A stretch of DNA of 64,000 bases from the NCBI GenBank assembly GCA_950097015.1, contig CATNEN010000038.1, forward strand, positions 30,752,001-30,816,000, read 5' to 3'. The notes under the pieces were generated by a model. The model was not told the origin of the DNA. It ran no database searches and saw only the letters and a program-made list of their open reading frames with translations. This stretch comes from Macrostomum hystrix. Its lineage: Eukaryota > Animalia > Platyhelminthes. Positions within the stretch are counted from its first letter, which is position 1, and each line of letters starts with the position of its first letter. The position numbers and the translations under genes are program-made. Of this stretch, positions 25,201 to 37,939 are shown piece after piece.

Positions 25201-28200
25201 AGATAGGAAGACAATATAAAGCAGCTTGAGTCCTAAAACTTAAAGCCTTCTTTGAGCCGATAAAAATAGAATTGCTAAGCACTCGATGCCTCGGATACTA
25301 TACCGCTAACTATGCTCTCTCAATTGTTGGATCGAATTAATTGTGACTTTTACTTTCAAACCGATGCCTTAAAGATCATGTATATGATTCGGCATAAAGA
25401 TGCTGCCGAATCAATAAAAACACGAGCTCTACACTAAAAGCTCTCAACCCAGAATAGAAACAAATTTATACGTGCTCAGCGAAACATTGGAGGTCAGGGT
25501 TTGGTTTGTGTGTAGACGTTGCGAGAGAAAAGGTTGAGATAGTAGAGGGTGAGATGGAAGAGGGGTGAGAGAGAAAAGGGGTGAGATAGTAGAGGGTGAG
25601 ATAGAAGAGGGGTGAGAGAGAAAAGGGGTAAGATAGTAGAGGGTGAGATAGAAGAGGGGTGAGAGAGAAAAGGGGTGAGATAGTAGAGGGTGAGATAGAA
25701 GAGGGGTGAGAGAGAAAAGGGGTGAGATAGTAGAGGGTGAGATAGAAGAGGGTGAGAGAGAAAAGGGGTGAGATAGTAGAGGGTTAGATAGTAGAGGGTT
25801 AGATAGTAGAGGGTGAAATAGTAGAGGGTTAGATAGTAGAGGGTTAGATAGTAGAGGGTGAGATAGTAGAGGGTGAGACAGAAGAGGGGTGAGAGAGAAG
25901 AGGCTGATAGAGAAGAGGGTAAGGGAGAAGAGGGTAAGGGAGAAGAGGGTAAGGGAGAAGAGGGTAAGGGAGAAGAGGGTGAGGGAGTAGAGGTGAGAAC
26001 AAGAAGGTAAAGGGAAGTTTAAATATGGTAATTAGGCTTTGTAGTCTAAAAAAAAATTCACCTAATTTAGAATACTTCACCTTACTTTCAGTACGTCGGA
26101 GCCAAACACTGTTTAATATAAAGTGTTGAATGTCGATTAAATGAAAAGGTATAGTCTTTTTGGTAATGCACTGTCAATAAAAGACTAATTTTTGCTTCAC
26201 CACAATACACCTCACCAATTAGTCGACTATTAGGAGATGACAAAATTGCCATCATTTTATGCCATTGAAATTTCTTTTAGGAAATGGAGCAGGAATTAGG
26301 AGGCGGAGACTGCCAGATAGGTCTATTGTGCATCGGATCTTAGCTTTGAAAGAAGAATCTGCAACACACTTCCTTCCCATTGCTCGTAAATTCAATTTGA
26401 AAACTTTACTATTATTTGGTGACCTTTTAAGGACCACAACAGAATCAGCGAGTGTACGAGTCTCACCCTCGTATACAGAATGGCTTTCACTTCAAACACG
26501 TGTGAAAACCCTTGAGCTGTTTAACTTCTCTATTCTGGTGAAAGCGATGTTGCTGAGTCAGCAGGTAACTATGCGACTGGCAGCTGGTTTGTCAACTTTA
26601 TTTTATTACTCCTATTGGTTTTCACTAATTTTGCATCTCTTCAGTTGCCTAGACTAGGGTGGTGGGTTTATGTGAGGATGTGGGTAGTGTGAGGTGGTGG
26701 ACTAGTTTGAATTGGTGGGTTAGTCTGAGGTGGTGGGTTAGTCTGAGGTTGTGGGTTAGTCTGAGGTGGTGGGTTAGTGTGAGGTGGTGGGCTAGTCTGA
26801 GGTTGTGAGTCAGTCTGAGGTGGTGAGTCAGTCTGAGGTGGTGGGTTAGTGTGAGGTGGTGGGCTAGTCTGAGGTGGTGAGTCAGTCTGAGGTGGTGGGT
26901 TAGTGTGAGGTGGTGGGCTATTCTGAGGTTGTGAGTCAGTCTGAGGTGGTGGGTTAGTGTGAGGTGGTGGACTAGTTTGAATTGGTGGGTTAGTCTGAGG
27001 TGGTGGGTTAGTTTGAGGTGGTGGGCTAGTCTGAGGTGGTGAGTCAGTCTGAGGTGGTGGGTTAGTGTGAGGTGGTGAGCTATTCTGAGGTTGTGAGTCA
27101 GTCTGAGGTGGTGGGTTAGTGTGAGGTGGTGGGCTATTCTGAGGTTGTGAGTTAGTCTGAGGTGGTGGGTTAGTCTGAGGTTGTGAGTTAGTCTGAGGTG
27201 GTGGGTTAGTCTGAGGTGGTGGGTTAGTCTGAGGTGGTGGGTTAGTCTGAGGTGGTGGGTTAGTCTGAGGTGGAGAGTCAGCCTGAGGTGGTGGGTTAGT
27301 CTGAGGTGGTGGGCTAGTCTGAGGTGGTGGGTCAGTGTGAGGTGGTGGGTTAGTCTGAGGTGGTGGGCTAGTCTGAGGTGGTGGGTTAGTGTGAGGTGGT
27401 GGGCTATTCTGAGGTTGTGAGTTAGTCTGAGGTGGTGGGTTAGTCTGAGGTGGTGGGTTAGTCTGAGGTGGTGGGATAGTCTGAGGTGGTTAGACTGAGG
27501 TGGTGAGTTAGTCTGAGGTGGTGGGTTAGTCTGAGGTGGTGGGTTAGTCTGAGGTGGTGGGTTAGACTGAGGTGGTGAGTCAGTCTGAGGTTCGCTTGTC
27601 TAATCGTTTGCTTCATCCAAGTCAATTTAGAATCGCTGAGACAGAAAAAAATTCTACCCAATTATTTGATGACCTGACAGGCCTGACGAGTTAAACATAG
27701 CCCAACAGAGTTGGGATTTTTCTCGAGCAGGATCGAGCAGTATAGGAGTAAAATATGAGATCAAGAATTGGACTGTGGTGCTGCTAATTGCATGCAAATT
27801 CACTTGGTTGCGTTGAACGCGAAAAATCAAATCTATATCTCTAAGCCCTTTATCTAGTGTGGGATGTCTGAAGTGACGAGTCCGAGGTCAAGCCTACAGA
27901 TTCAGCACTTGCTGCCTTGCCATGTCCGCATTTCCTTTCCATTTCACCGAAGCCATATACTTAATGTATTACATCTCTGTTAAGTAAAGTGTTGATCATA
28001 CAACACTACATTTGCCAACAAGATATATGATGGATAAGTGCATCGGATAAGCGAGTGTGACCTACTGCCTTAGTTCATCATTGGCACACGAGAGCCAATC
28101 AAACCCAACCTCATCTAGGACTGACCCCTAAGGGGATAACCCTACCAAACTCCCATGGGATCAAGCAATTACTGTAGCCCCAACTAGAGAGACTAGAGCA

Positions 28201-31200
28201 GTGATCAGGTCCGCTAATGCCTAGTTAATATGATTCTCGCAGCGAATGAAGTCAGCTGGCGATAGTTTTTAGGCCAGACAGATGTAAAGCATGCTCAATG
28301 GTATTGCATCTGTCTTATTGGATGTCTGTCTAACAGGTCTGAGGATGTCTGTCTAACAGGTCTGAGGATGTCTGTCTAACAGGTCTAAGGATGTCTGTCT
28401 AACAGGTCTGAGGATGTCTGTCTAACAGGTCTGAGGATGTCTGTCTAACAGGTCTGAGGACGTCTGTCTGACAGGTCTGAGGACGTCTGTCTAACAGGTC
28501 TGAGGATGTCTGTCTAACGGGTCTGAGGGTGTCTGTCTAACGGGTCTGAGGATGTCTGTCTAACGGGTCTGAGGGTGTCTGTCTAACGGGTCTGAGGATG
28601 TCTGTCTAACAGGTCTGAGGATGTCTGTCTAACAGGTCTGAGGATGTCTGTCTAACGGGTCTGAGGGTGTCTGTCTAACAGGTCTGAGGATGTCTGTCTA
28701 ACAGGTCTGAGGATGTCTGTCTAACAGTTCTAGGGATCTCTGTCTAACAGGTCTTAGGATGTGTGTCTAACAGGTCTTTTAATAGTCTGTCTAACAGGTC
28801 TTAGGATGTGTGTCTAACAGGTCTTTTAATAGTCTGTCTAACAGGTCTCCTTCATTCATGCGATAACACAGTTATACTCTGTAACTTTTTAAAGTGACCG
28901 AAAAGTACTTTCTACAAGCTATCTTTTGAAAATTAGCAGAATGCGAAAGCTGTCGTGACCCTGAGGAAATGAGTGATGTTCACTAGTATTCCTTCGCAAC
29001 GCGGCATCTTTAGCCCTGAAGCAACCCTTGAGCTGTTTTTTTGCTTTTTTCAATGCAGCTTTCCATTCCGTGTGCTCAGAACACTTCAAAATATCTATCT
29101 CCAGAGCAAGAGCTTTTGAAAATTGTCTTTTAGATAACTTTGACATTCGCTTGTTAGAATCTTTACTTTACCCTTGCTTTTTGCAAATTGTAGGATTGAA
29201 TTTCAGTTTTCACATTTTTAAGACTTGAGACAAACAGAAGCTACTCGTGCAGGAGTGCATTGGTGAGAGATGCAGGTAATGCATTGGTGAGAGATGCAGG
29301 GAGTGCATTGGTGAGAGATGCAGGAGTGCATTGGTGAGAGATGCAGGTAATGCATTGGTGAGAGATGCAGGGAGTGCATTGGTGAGAGATGCAGGGAGTG
29401 CATTGGTGAGAGATGCAGGAGTGCATTGGTGAGAGATACAGGAGTGCATTGGTGAGAGATGCAGGGAGTGCATTGGTGAGAGATGCAGGGAGTGCATTGG
29501 TGAGAGATGCAGGAGTGCATTGGTGAGAGATGCAGGAGTGCATTGGTGAGGGATGCAGGGAGTGCATTGGTGAGAGATGCAGGGAGTGCATTGGTGAGAG
29601 ATGCAGGGAGTGCATTGGTGAGAGATGCAGAAGTGCATTGGTGAGAGATGCAGGGAGTGCATTGGTGAGAGATGCAGGGAGTGCATTGGTGAGATATGCA
29701 GGGAGTGCATTGGTGAGAGATGCAGGAGTGCATTGGTGAGAGATGCAGGGAGTGCATTGGTGAGAGATGCAGGGAGTGCATTGGTGAGAGATGCAGGGAG
29801 TGCATTGGTGAGAGATGCAGGGAGTGGACTAGGTGAGAGATGCAGGGAGTGCATTGGTGAGAGATGCAGGGAGTGCATTGGTGAGAGATGCAGGGAGTGG
29901 ACTAGGTGAGAGATGCAGGGAGTGCATTGGTGAGAGATGCAGGGAGTGCATTGGTGAGAGATGCAGGGAGTGCATTGGTGAGAGATGCAGGGAGTGGACT
30001 AGGTGAGAGATGCAGGGAGTGCATTGGTGAGATATGCAGGGAGTGGACTAGGTGAGAGATGCAGGGAGTGCATTGGTGAGATATGCAGGGAGTGCATTGG
30101 TGAGAGATGCAGGGAGTGGACTAGGTGAGAGATGCAGGGAGTGCATTGGTGAGATATGCAGGGAGTGCATTGGTGAGAGATGCAGGGAGTGCATTGGTGA
30201 GGTATGCAGGGAGTGCATTGGTGAGAGATGCAGGGAGTGCATTGGTGAGAGATGCAGGGAGTGCATTGGTGAGATATGCAGGGAGTGCATTGGTGAGAGA
30301 TGCAGGGAGTGCATTGGTGAGAGATGCAGGAGTGCATTGGTGAGAGATGCAGGAGTGCATTGGTGAGAGATGCAGGAGTGCATTGGTGAGAGATGCAGGA
30401 GTGCATTGGTGAGAGATGCAGGGAGTGCATTGGTGAGAGATGCAGGGAGTGGACTAGGTGAGAGATGCAGGGAGTGGACTAGGTGAGAGATGCAGGGAGT
30501 GGACTAGGTGAGAGATGCAGGGAGTGGACTAGGTGAGAGATGCAGGGAGTGGACTAGGTGAGAGATGCAGGGAGTGGACTAGGTGAGAGATGCAGGGAGT
30601 GGACTAGGTGAGAGATGCAGGGAGTGGACTAGGTGAGAGATGCAGGGAGTGGACTAGGTGAGAGATGCAGGGAGTGGACTAGGTGAGAGATGCAGGGAGT
30701 GGACTAGGTGAGAGATGCAGGGAGTGGACTAGGTGAGAGATGCAGGGAGTGGACTAGGTGAGAGATGCAGGGAGTGAGTTTTCGGAGAAATGTAGGGAGT
30801 GAATAATTTGAGAGAGGCGAGTTTGAGTTTAGAGAATTATGAAAGGAACTTTAGTTTGTTGACAGGTCAGATGTATAGGTGAAAAAGCTGATTAGATAGG
30901 TTTTTTCTGCCAGATTATCTTTCAATTATCAATTCCCCTTTAATCTATTTCTGTTTCATTAGAAAAAACAAAGCCGTCGCGAAATTAAATGAGTTTGCCA
31001 CCCCTCCTATTCCCTAAAAGAAGTTAATGATCCCATGTACGTCAGCTTAGAGTTATTAGTTTGGTAAGGCAGAGATTAATAGAGGAAATGATGTGGCACG
31101 GATTTAAGAAATGGACAGTTCTCCTTCTCTCTATTGCTTTCTGCATCTGGTGCTGTCGCGCCACTCTCCCCTGTTGTCGCCCTATCTCAGGCGTTCACAC

Positions 31201-34200
31201 TCCACCTACTAGTAGTTCCAGTTCCCAATAATCCCTGTGCTCACACACAGGCCCTACTCAAGATTGATTTCGAGCCGAGTCTTTCGTGGATGAAATGAGT
31301 TTTTCTTCTTCTTTATTTTTTCTCTTGATCTAAACTGGCCGACTAACTTGAAGCAAGGTGTTGGAAGAGAAATCTCTATTGAAATGAACATTTTTGTGCT
31401 GCACCCGAACGGAGCAACGCAAGCACACGAAACTCAAAAACACCAGCTTACTTTTCTGTTGAGCATCTTCTAAACTCGCCAGCTCTTCAGACCGTCGAGA
31501 TATTCAATGGTTCTGGTCGAAGGTCAGATTTTTCCCATAAGAGCTATTGTATTTCATACACCCCTATACACGAATTAGCACTGGGCCTCAGTGCTGCCTT
31601 GCCAGGCCTTCAAAATTGATTAGCATGTCACCCGAATGTGCCTGCATCACCTCCGTCTTTGTTGGTCACCTACCTTTATCAAGACGGACTGCTGGACACC
31701 TTCAAGGGCTACAACAGGTGGAGCTAGGCCACTATGGACACCCTGAAGCGAATTTCTCCAATTTCACTGATCAAGCCTAAACATTAGGCGCAGCTCAACC
31801 ACAGGACACCCTTGCCTAGTCTGTCAGCCAATCAACACTGTTAGCATTCGGGCGCTGCCAATAACATTTCCAGGTCGGGAGTTCGTATTTCAGCCTGGAT
31901 AAAGTGGAGCAAGACATTTAATTTCTAATTACTTTCATTGTCATCGGCTCAGCTTTTTTGCTAGATGAATTTTTCTAGATTTAGCAGTAATAAGGCAAGC
32001 TTCAGCTTGGCCAGACAGGCTTTACCAAAGCACCGCTCGAGGCTTATTATTGATTAATTTAGAATACCTGTCTACCTGTGCGAGTGTTGATTAGATACTG
32101 AATGAAAATATCCAAACACAGCTTCTTGGGCTGGCGCCTTTGAATTACAAAAATATCGAGAGATATCAAGATTAGCCGATGTTGAGACAGACATGCAAGG
32201 ATTTAGGCTAGATTATGCTTGAATTGCAGTACTCAGTGTGGAGTGAGATGACAGTTTGTAAATTGACAGTCGTTTGTGAGATGAAGGGAGATCAATAGAA
32301 GAGAGTGAGATGAAGGTAGGTCCATAAGAAGAGAGTGAGATGAAGGGAATTGCATAAGAAGAGAGTGAGATGAAGGGAAGTGCATAAGAAGAGAGTGAGA
32401 TGAAGGGATGTGCATAGAAGAGAGTGAGATGAAGGGAAGTGCATAAGAAGAGAGTGAGATGAAGGGAGATCCATAAGAAGAGAGTGAGATGAAGGGAGGT
32501 GCATAGAAGAGAGGGAGATGAAGGGAGGTGCATAAGAAGAGAGTGAGATGAAGGGAGGTGCATAGATAAGAGTGAGATGAAGGGAGGTCCATAAGAAGAG
32601 AGTGAGATGAAGGGAATTGCATAAGAAGAGAGTGAGATGAAGAGAATTGCATAAGAAGAGAGTGAGATGAAGGGAGGTGCATAAGAAGAGAGTGAGATGA
32701 AGGGAGGTGCATAAGAAGAGAGTGAGATGAAGGGAGGTCCATAAGAAGTGAGTGAGATGAAGGGAGGTGCATAAGAAGAGAGTGAGATGAAGGGAGGTCC
32801 ATAAGAAGTGAGTGAGATGAAGGGAGGTGCATAAGAAGAGAGTGAGATGAAGGGAGGTGCATAGAAGAGAGTGAGATGAAGGGAGGTGCATAGAAGAGAG
32901 TGAGATGAAGGGAGGTGCATAAGAAGAGAGTGAGATGAAGGGAGGTGCATAAGAAGAGAGTGAGATGAAGGGAGGTGCATAAGAAGAGAGTGAGATGAAG
33001 GGAATTGCATAAGAAGAGAGTGAGATGAAGGGAGGTGCATAAGAAGAGAGTGAGATGAAGGGAGGTGCATAAGAAGAGAGTGAGATGAAGGGAGGTGCAT
33101 AGAAGAGTGTGATATGAGAACAGTTCTCGTATTCGTGTTTACATAGTCTAACGGCCTCATCTCAATTGAGAAATATATATATGCATCGATACTTTTGAAA
33201 AATGATATCAATATTTTGAACTTTGACACGAGCTATGTCGGTGAGTGGCACCACCGAAGATATGCTGAAAGCTAGCTTTATTTGAAGCGATTTCAACCTT
33301 GTTATTGAATAATGCATTAAGGTATGTATCAGCGCTGGTGTTATGTGTGCGTGTGCGAGTGCGTGTGAGATGGACTATGGGCATTGAAAGAGAATTAATC
33401 AAATTTCCTGATTTAGAAAAATGCATACACAAACACACGAACCATCCCTCTCGAGATCTAAATGGCAACATATGTAAATATTAAATGAAAATAATTTTCA
33501 CTATTATTTGAATGAGAATGAGAATGAGAATGAGAACGAGAATGAGAATGAGAATGAGAACGAGAATGAGAATGAGTATGAGAATGAGAATGAGAATGAG
33601 AATGAGTATGAGAATGAGAATGAGAATGAGAATGAGAATGAGAATGAGAATGAGAATGAGAATGAGTATGAGAATGAGTATGAGAATGAGAATGAGAATG
33701 AGAATGAGAATGAGAATGAGAATGAGAATCAGAATGAGAATAAGAATGAGAATGAGAATCAGAATGAGAATCAGAATGAGAATGAGTATGAGAATGAGAA
33801 TGACAATGAGAATCAGAATGAGAATGAGAATGAGAATGAGAATGAGAATCAGAATGAGAATAAGAATGAGAATGAGAATCAGAATGAGAATCAGAATGAG
33901 AATGAGTATGAGAATGAGAATGAGAATGAGAATGAGAATGAGAATGAGAATGAGAAAAAAATTGACAATGGCATTGACAATGACACAGAGATTTAGAATG
34001 AAGATTATCTTTTTCTTCTTTTTAAAACTGCTTTTTAAACCCATCTTTCACTTTCATTGCTGCCATGAACCTTAGATTGTCACCAAGCTGGCATTTTCAA
34101 GTGACACTCTTGACAGCTCAGCAGAGACAGAAACAGAAATTTCCGCTGTGTTTCTCACCAACGCACTAACATTCTCAAAGCCTTTGAGCACGCTCTATTT

Positions 34201-35942
34201 CTGTGTGGGTGGAGAAGTTAGAAAATTGTGGGTTACCAATGAGGGAGGATGTAGATGCAGATGATGGGATCTGAATGAGGATGCAGATGATGGGATCTGA
34301 ATGAGGATGTAGATGATGGGATCTGAATGAGGATGCAGATTCAGATGTTGGGATCTGAATGAGGATGTAGATGATGGGATCTGAGTGAGGATGCAGATGA
34401 TGGGATCTGAATGAGGATGCAGATGATGGGATCTGAGTGAGGATGTAGATGATGGGATCTGAATGAGGATGCAGATGCAGATGATGGGATCTGAGTGAGG
34501 ATGTAGATGATGGGATCTGAATGAGGATGTAGATGATGGGATCTGAATGAGGATGTAGATGATGGGATCTGAATGAGGATGCAGATGATGGGATCTGAAT
34601 GAGGATGTAGATGATGGGATCTGAATGAGGATGTAGATGATGGGATCTGAATGAGGATGTAGATGATGGGATCTGAATGAGGATGCAGATGATGGGATCT
34701 GAATGAGGATGTAGATGATGGGATCTGAGTGAGGATGTAGATGATGGGATCTGAATGAGGATGCAGATGATGGGATCTGAATGAGGATGTAGATTCAGAT
34801 GATGGGATCTGAATGAGGATGTAGATTCAGATGATGGGATCTGAATGAGGATGTAGATTCAGATGATGGGATCTGAATGAGGATGTAGATGATGGGATCT
34901 GAGTGAGGATGTAGATGATGGGATCTGAGTGAGGATGTAGATGATGGGATCTGAGTGAGGATGTAGATGATGGGATCTGAATGAGGATGTTGATGATGGG
35001 ATCTGAATGAGGATGTAGATTCAGATGATGGGATCTGAATGAGGATGTACATTATAATGATAACTTTAAACGAGAATGCTTCTCAAAACGAATTTGCTTG
35101 GAGACTGTTCTGATCTGTTAATATTAATTAATTTTATCAGCATATGTTGCTCCTGGTTTGTGGATTAATCAAGCCTATATTAAAAGCGGAGTGATGAGAT
35201 GTTAGCCTATAGAATACAAGTCAACTGAAAGTGTACTTCTGTCCACAATGGGTATATAGGGAATGCATGGTATTTCCTGTGAAGCATTATATTAGTCTTA
35301 GTTTCATTACTATATATAATTTAGCATTGCAAACTTCAAGCTGTACGCCCAGGCAACGTTCAATTGCTGATCATTGAGTTAAAAAAATGATTTATCATGC
35401 CATTCTCACCGCGTCCATATTGCTAAATGCTTATTAGTCAGTAGCCAATGCTGGCAAGTGCAGTGAGTATTCGTGTCCTCTTTATGGGCCATAGGCCAAA
35501 GCTGTGGGTCCGGTCGATAAAAAAATGCTGCTCAGAATGAGTCAGGAAGGAAGAATCGGAGCATTCGGAAGTGACCGGCTAACAAAGCGACCGCGGTTGG
35601 GGTGGGTTATGGGCGAGATGAGTTGGGGAGAGTAAAAATTCCCATTTAGCTCCCAAGGAAAACTTCTTGACTTTTAAAGATATTTTTTCCTTGCAATTGC
35701 CAATAAAGTAGGCCGTTAAAGTGTTCTTTTCCGTGTTTTATATTTCCCGCAGGAAACCGAGAGCATGTTAATTTAAGCAAATGCTGGCTATTGTAATGGG
35801 TTGGCTAATACCGGGAGGTCACTACAATGTCTGTCTGATGAATACTGTAGCTCTATTTTCCTTTTTTGGGTGTACAAATTATTCAGTTATGAAGTAGTTA
35901 ATGTCACTACTGCAGTACAGCCACTTGAAACAACTATCTAAA

Positions 35943-36031
<89 letters not shown>

Positions 36032-36097
36032 GACTAACTAACTAACTAACTAGCTAACTAACTAACTGACTAACTAACTAACTAACTAACTAACTAG

Positions 36098-36140
<43 letters not shown>

Positions 36141-36141
36141 G

Positions 36142-36180
<39 letters not shown>

Positions 36181-36181
36181 G

Positions 36182-36224
<43 letters not shown>

Positions 36225-36225
36225 G

Positions 36226-36304
<79 letters not shown>

Positions 36305-36305
36305 G

Positions 36306-36354
<49 letters not shown>

Positions 36355-36816
36355 AACGCAGACAATCTTACCTAGCACAAACAGGTAGACATCGCACTGC
36401 ATTCTGGCTGGACCATCGGTTGTCAGCCAGCAGCTGTAGACGCCCTGATCATCGGCACGCAGCGGGCCCAGCCTCACTGAGCAGGCGGAGCCCACGGCCG
36501 CTGTTGACATCAGGCGACCGGCGTAATCAACGGAGATCTGCGGCGCCGTTGGAAACGAACTCGCGACGTCGCCTGGAACGATTCCAGTGTAGACTGGTCC
36601 GGTGCGGTCTCGCCTCAGCCAGCTGACCCGAGCGACGCCAGTCCACAGCGATGTCGCAACCGACAATGGCTGACAGTCCAGAATCACGGATCCGCCGACT
36701 GGTGCCTCAGTGACAGAGGATCCGGCTGAGTCTCCTGATACACCTTCGCTGATTGGCAAACACTCCAGCAGCAGCAGCAGCAGTAGCAGCAGCTGCTGCT
36801 GAATAAATGCTGTCAT
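18974..36816 (-). CDS. IGSF9: Turtle/IGSF9-like cell adhesion receptor (signal peptide, 5 Ig, 2 FN3, TM, cytoplasmic tail)
   Basis: Phase-compatible exons 36816-36372, 24884-24597, 24508-23906, 22707-22206, 21969-21617, 21504-21292, 21076-20603, 19669-19577, 19347-18974. Ig motifs (DQGVYSC, DAGLYEC, DSGWYRC, HSGVWMC, DSGSYEC), FN3 (APTNLTA..LTWTP; APTDLSV..LTWR), TM AIWAAIVVIGASCVFTVSGLLLW. The last two exons depend on a weaker GTTGTG donor. Confidence 0.82.
19161..19214. repeat. (CTG)n trinucleotide run encoding poly-Ala in the predicted IGSF9 tail
   Basis: About 17 uninterrupted CTG/GCA units. Confidence 0.9.
23326..23840. mobile_element. Partial copy of the TTAA-flanked palindromic MITE family (intronic)
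   Basis: Starts TTAACTGTAGGACTACC...GCCCGTTTTTATACCAA, matching the 61916 end; body matches 31390-31860 and 61020-61400. Confidence 0.8.
25530..26000. repeat. GA-rich 15/16-bp minisatellite with 47-bp higher-order unit
   Basis: GAGATAGTAGAGGGT-GAGATAGAAGAGGGGT-GAGAGAGAAAAGGGGT repeated, then simple 15-mers. Confidence 0.92.
26656..27590. repeat. 18-bp minisatellite (TCTGAGGTGGTGGGTTAG)n
   Basis: Direct reading of tandem units. Confidence 0.96.
28320..28848. repeat. 23-bp minisatellite (GATGTCTGTCTAACAGGTCTGAG)n
   Basis: Direct reading of tandem units. Confidence 0.96.
29247..30777. repeat. 24-bp minisatellite (GGTGAGAGATGCAGGGAGTGCATT)n
   Basis: Tandem units with 23-bp and GGACTA variants. 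Confidence 0.97.
31390..31860. mobile_element. Partial (single-arm) copy of the palindromic MITE family
   Basis: Colinear with 61020-61400 and with the reverse complement of 23400-23840. Confidence 0.8.
32275..33112. repeat. 30-bp minisatellite (GAGAGTGAGATGAAGGGAGGTGCATAAGAA)n
   Basis: Direct reading of tandem units. Confidence 0.96.
33510..33954. repeat. (GAATGA)n microsatellite
   Basis: Hexamer run with point variants. Confidence 0.98.
34243..35049. repeat. 26-bp minisatellite (GATGATGGGATCTGAATGAGGATGTA)n
   Basis: Direct reading of tandem units. Confidence 0.96.
35942..36353. repeat. (TAAC)n microsatellite, about 100 units
   Basis: Near-perfect tetramer run ending ~18 nt from the IGSF9 exon-1 donor. 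Confidence 0.98.
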
Positions 36817-37087
36817 GAGACAAGGCTTGCTAGGCCTTACAAAAAGTCCTTTGATATCCAAAGATTCATTTTCAGTGAATCGCGAGCAGTTCATGACCGG
36901 CTGGGATATGAAACTTTTTATGTATTTGGGAAGGACGATAATTGAACAGAGACGGAACCGGATTGGTCGGAAACTGTGATTGGTTGCATCAATATCCTTG
37001 ATGGTATGCTTGGCTAAAGTAATGCAAATTAGTATAATCGGCTATGGCTGCATTCACCTATGTGTTAAGCACGTGTCATATAGATAT

Positions 37088-37427
37088 ACACTGTTAGACA
37101 CATACAAATACCTGTTAGACACAGACAAATACCTGTTAGACACAGACAAATACCTGTTAGACACAGACAAATATCTGTTAGAAACAGACAAATACCTGTT
37201 AGACACAGACAAATACCTGTTAGACACAGACAAATACCTGTTAGACACAGACAAATACCTGTTAGACACAGACAAATACCTGCTAGACACAGACAAATAC
37301 CTGTTAGACACAGACAAATATCTGTTAGACACAGACAAATACCTGTTAGACACAGACAAATACCTGTTAGACACAGACAAATACCTGTTAGACACAGACA
37401 AATACCTGTTAGATAAAGACAAATACT
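37088..37427. repeat. 21-bp minisatellite (ACACAGACAAATACCTGTTAG)n
   Basis: About 16 tandem units. Confidence 0.96.
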
Positions 37428-37939
37428 AGTTGGACACGCTTCCATTTCTGTTTGAGTTTATATTTAGATTATCTGAGACGTAATCGCGTATTTTGGTGGC
37501 TCATTCCGAGGGCAAAACAATATTTACAACTTCTAAGCCGCCGGTAGGTCCATAGCGCGAACGAGCGCGTGTGTGTTGCCGAAGAAGAAGAAGCAAAAGA
37601 AAGGACATCTCGTTTAGTTTTCGCAAATGGTGGCGCTGCAGGCTCTAGTAGTGTGGCGCAATGAATAATAGAGTATATATTTTTTCAGCAAACTTCGGCT
37701 AAGTCCAAGTTTGCTCACTTTATTTCTAAGAAACGAGAGGCTTCAATGACGACCAACTCAGTTGTGAGTTCCGCAATCAATCCTTTACAAGTAAGTGTAT
37801 TGCATAGCCAAAAATAGTCTGCAATCATCACTAACAAAGTTGGCAATTATAATTTTTATTAAGCGCCAATCGAAATTGAAATTTATACTCCTGTTGACTT
37901 TGCTCATAGCTTCTACAAACAGACCCGCAAAGATTGCTC

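Noticed and set aside
26656-27590. Interstitial telomere
   Set aside because: GGGTTAG occurs once per 18-bp unit; there are no tandem TTAGGG runs.
29210-30430. ORFs such as MHSLHLSP / TNALPASL / CRECIGER repeats
   Set aside because: Translations of a stop-free 24-bp satellite open in many frames.
23509-31780. Two similar small ORFs MYFIHPYTRIST... as a peptide gene family
   Set aside because: Both start at non-ATG codons inside copies of the MITE, and the frame is not kept in the 61-kb copies.
32213-34075. Long ORFs (HLPSSHSLLM repeats, poly-IL, poly-NE, poly-MR)
   Set aside because: Products of the 30-bp and 6-bp tandem repeats in an intron.
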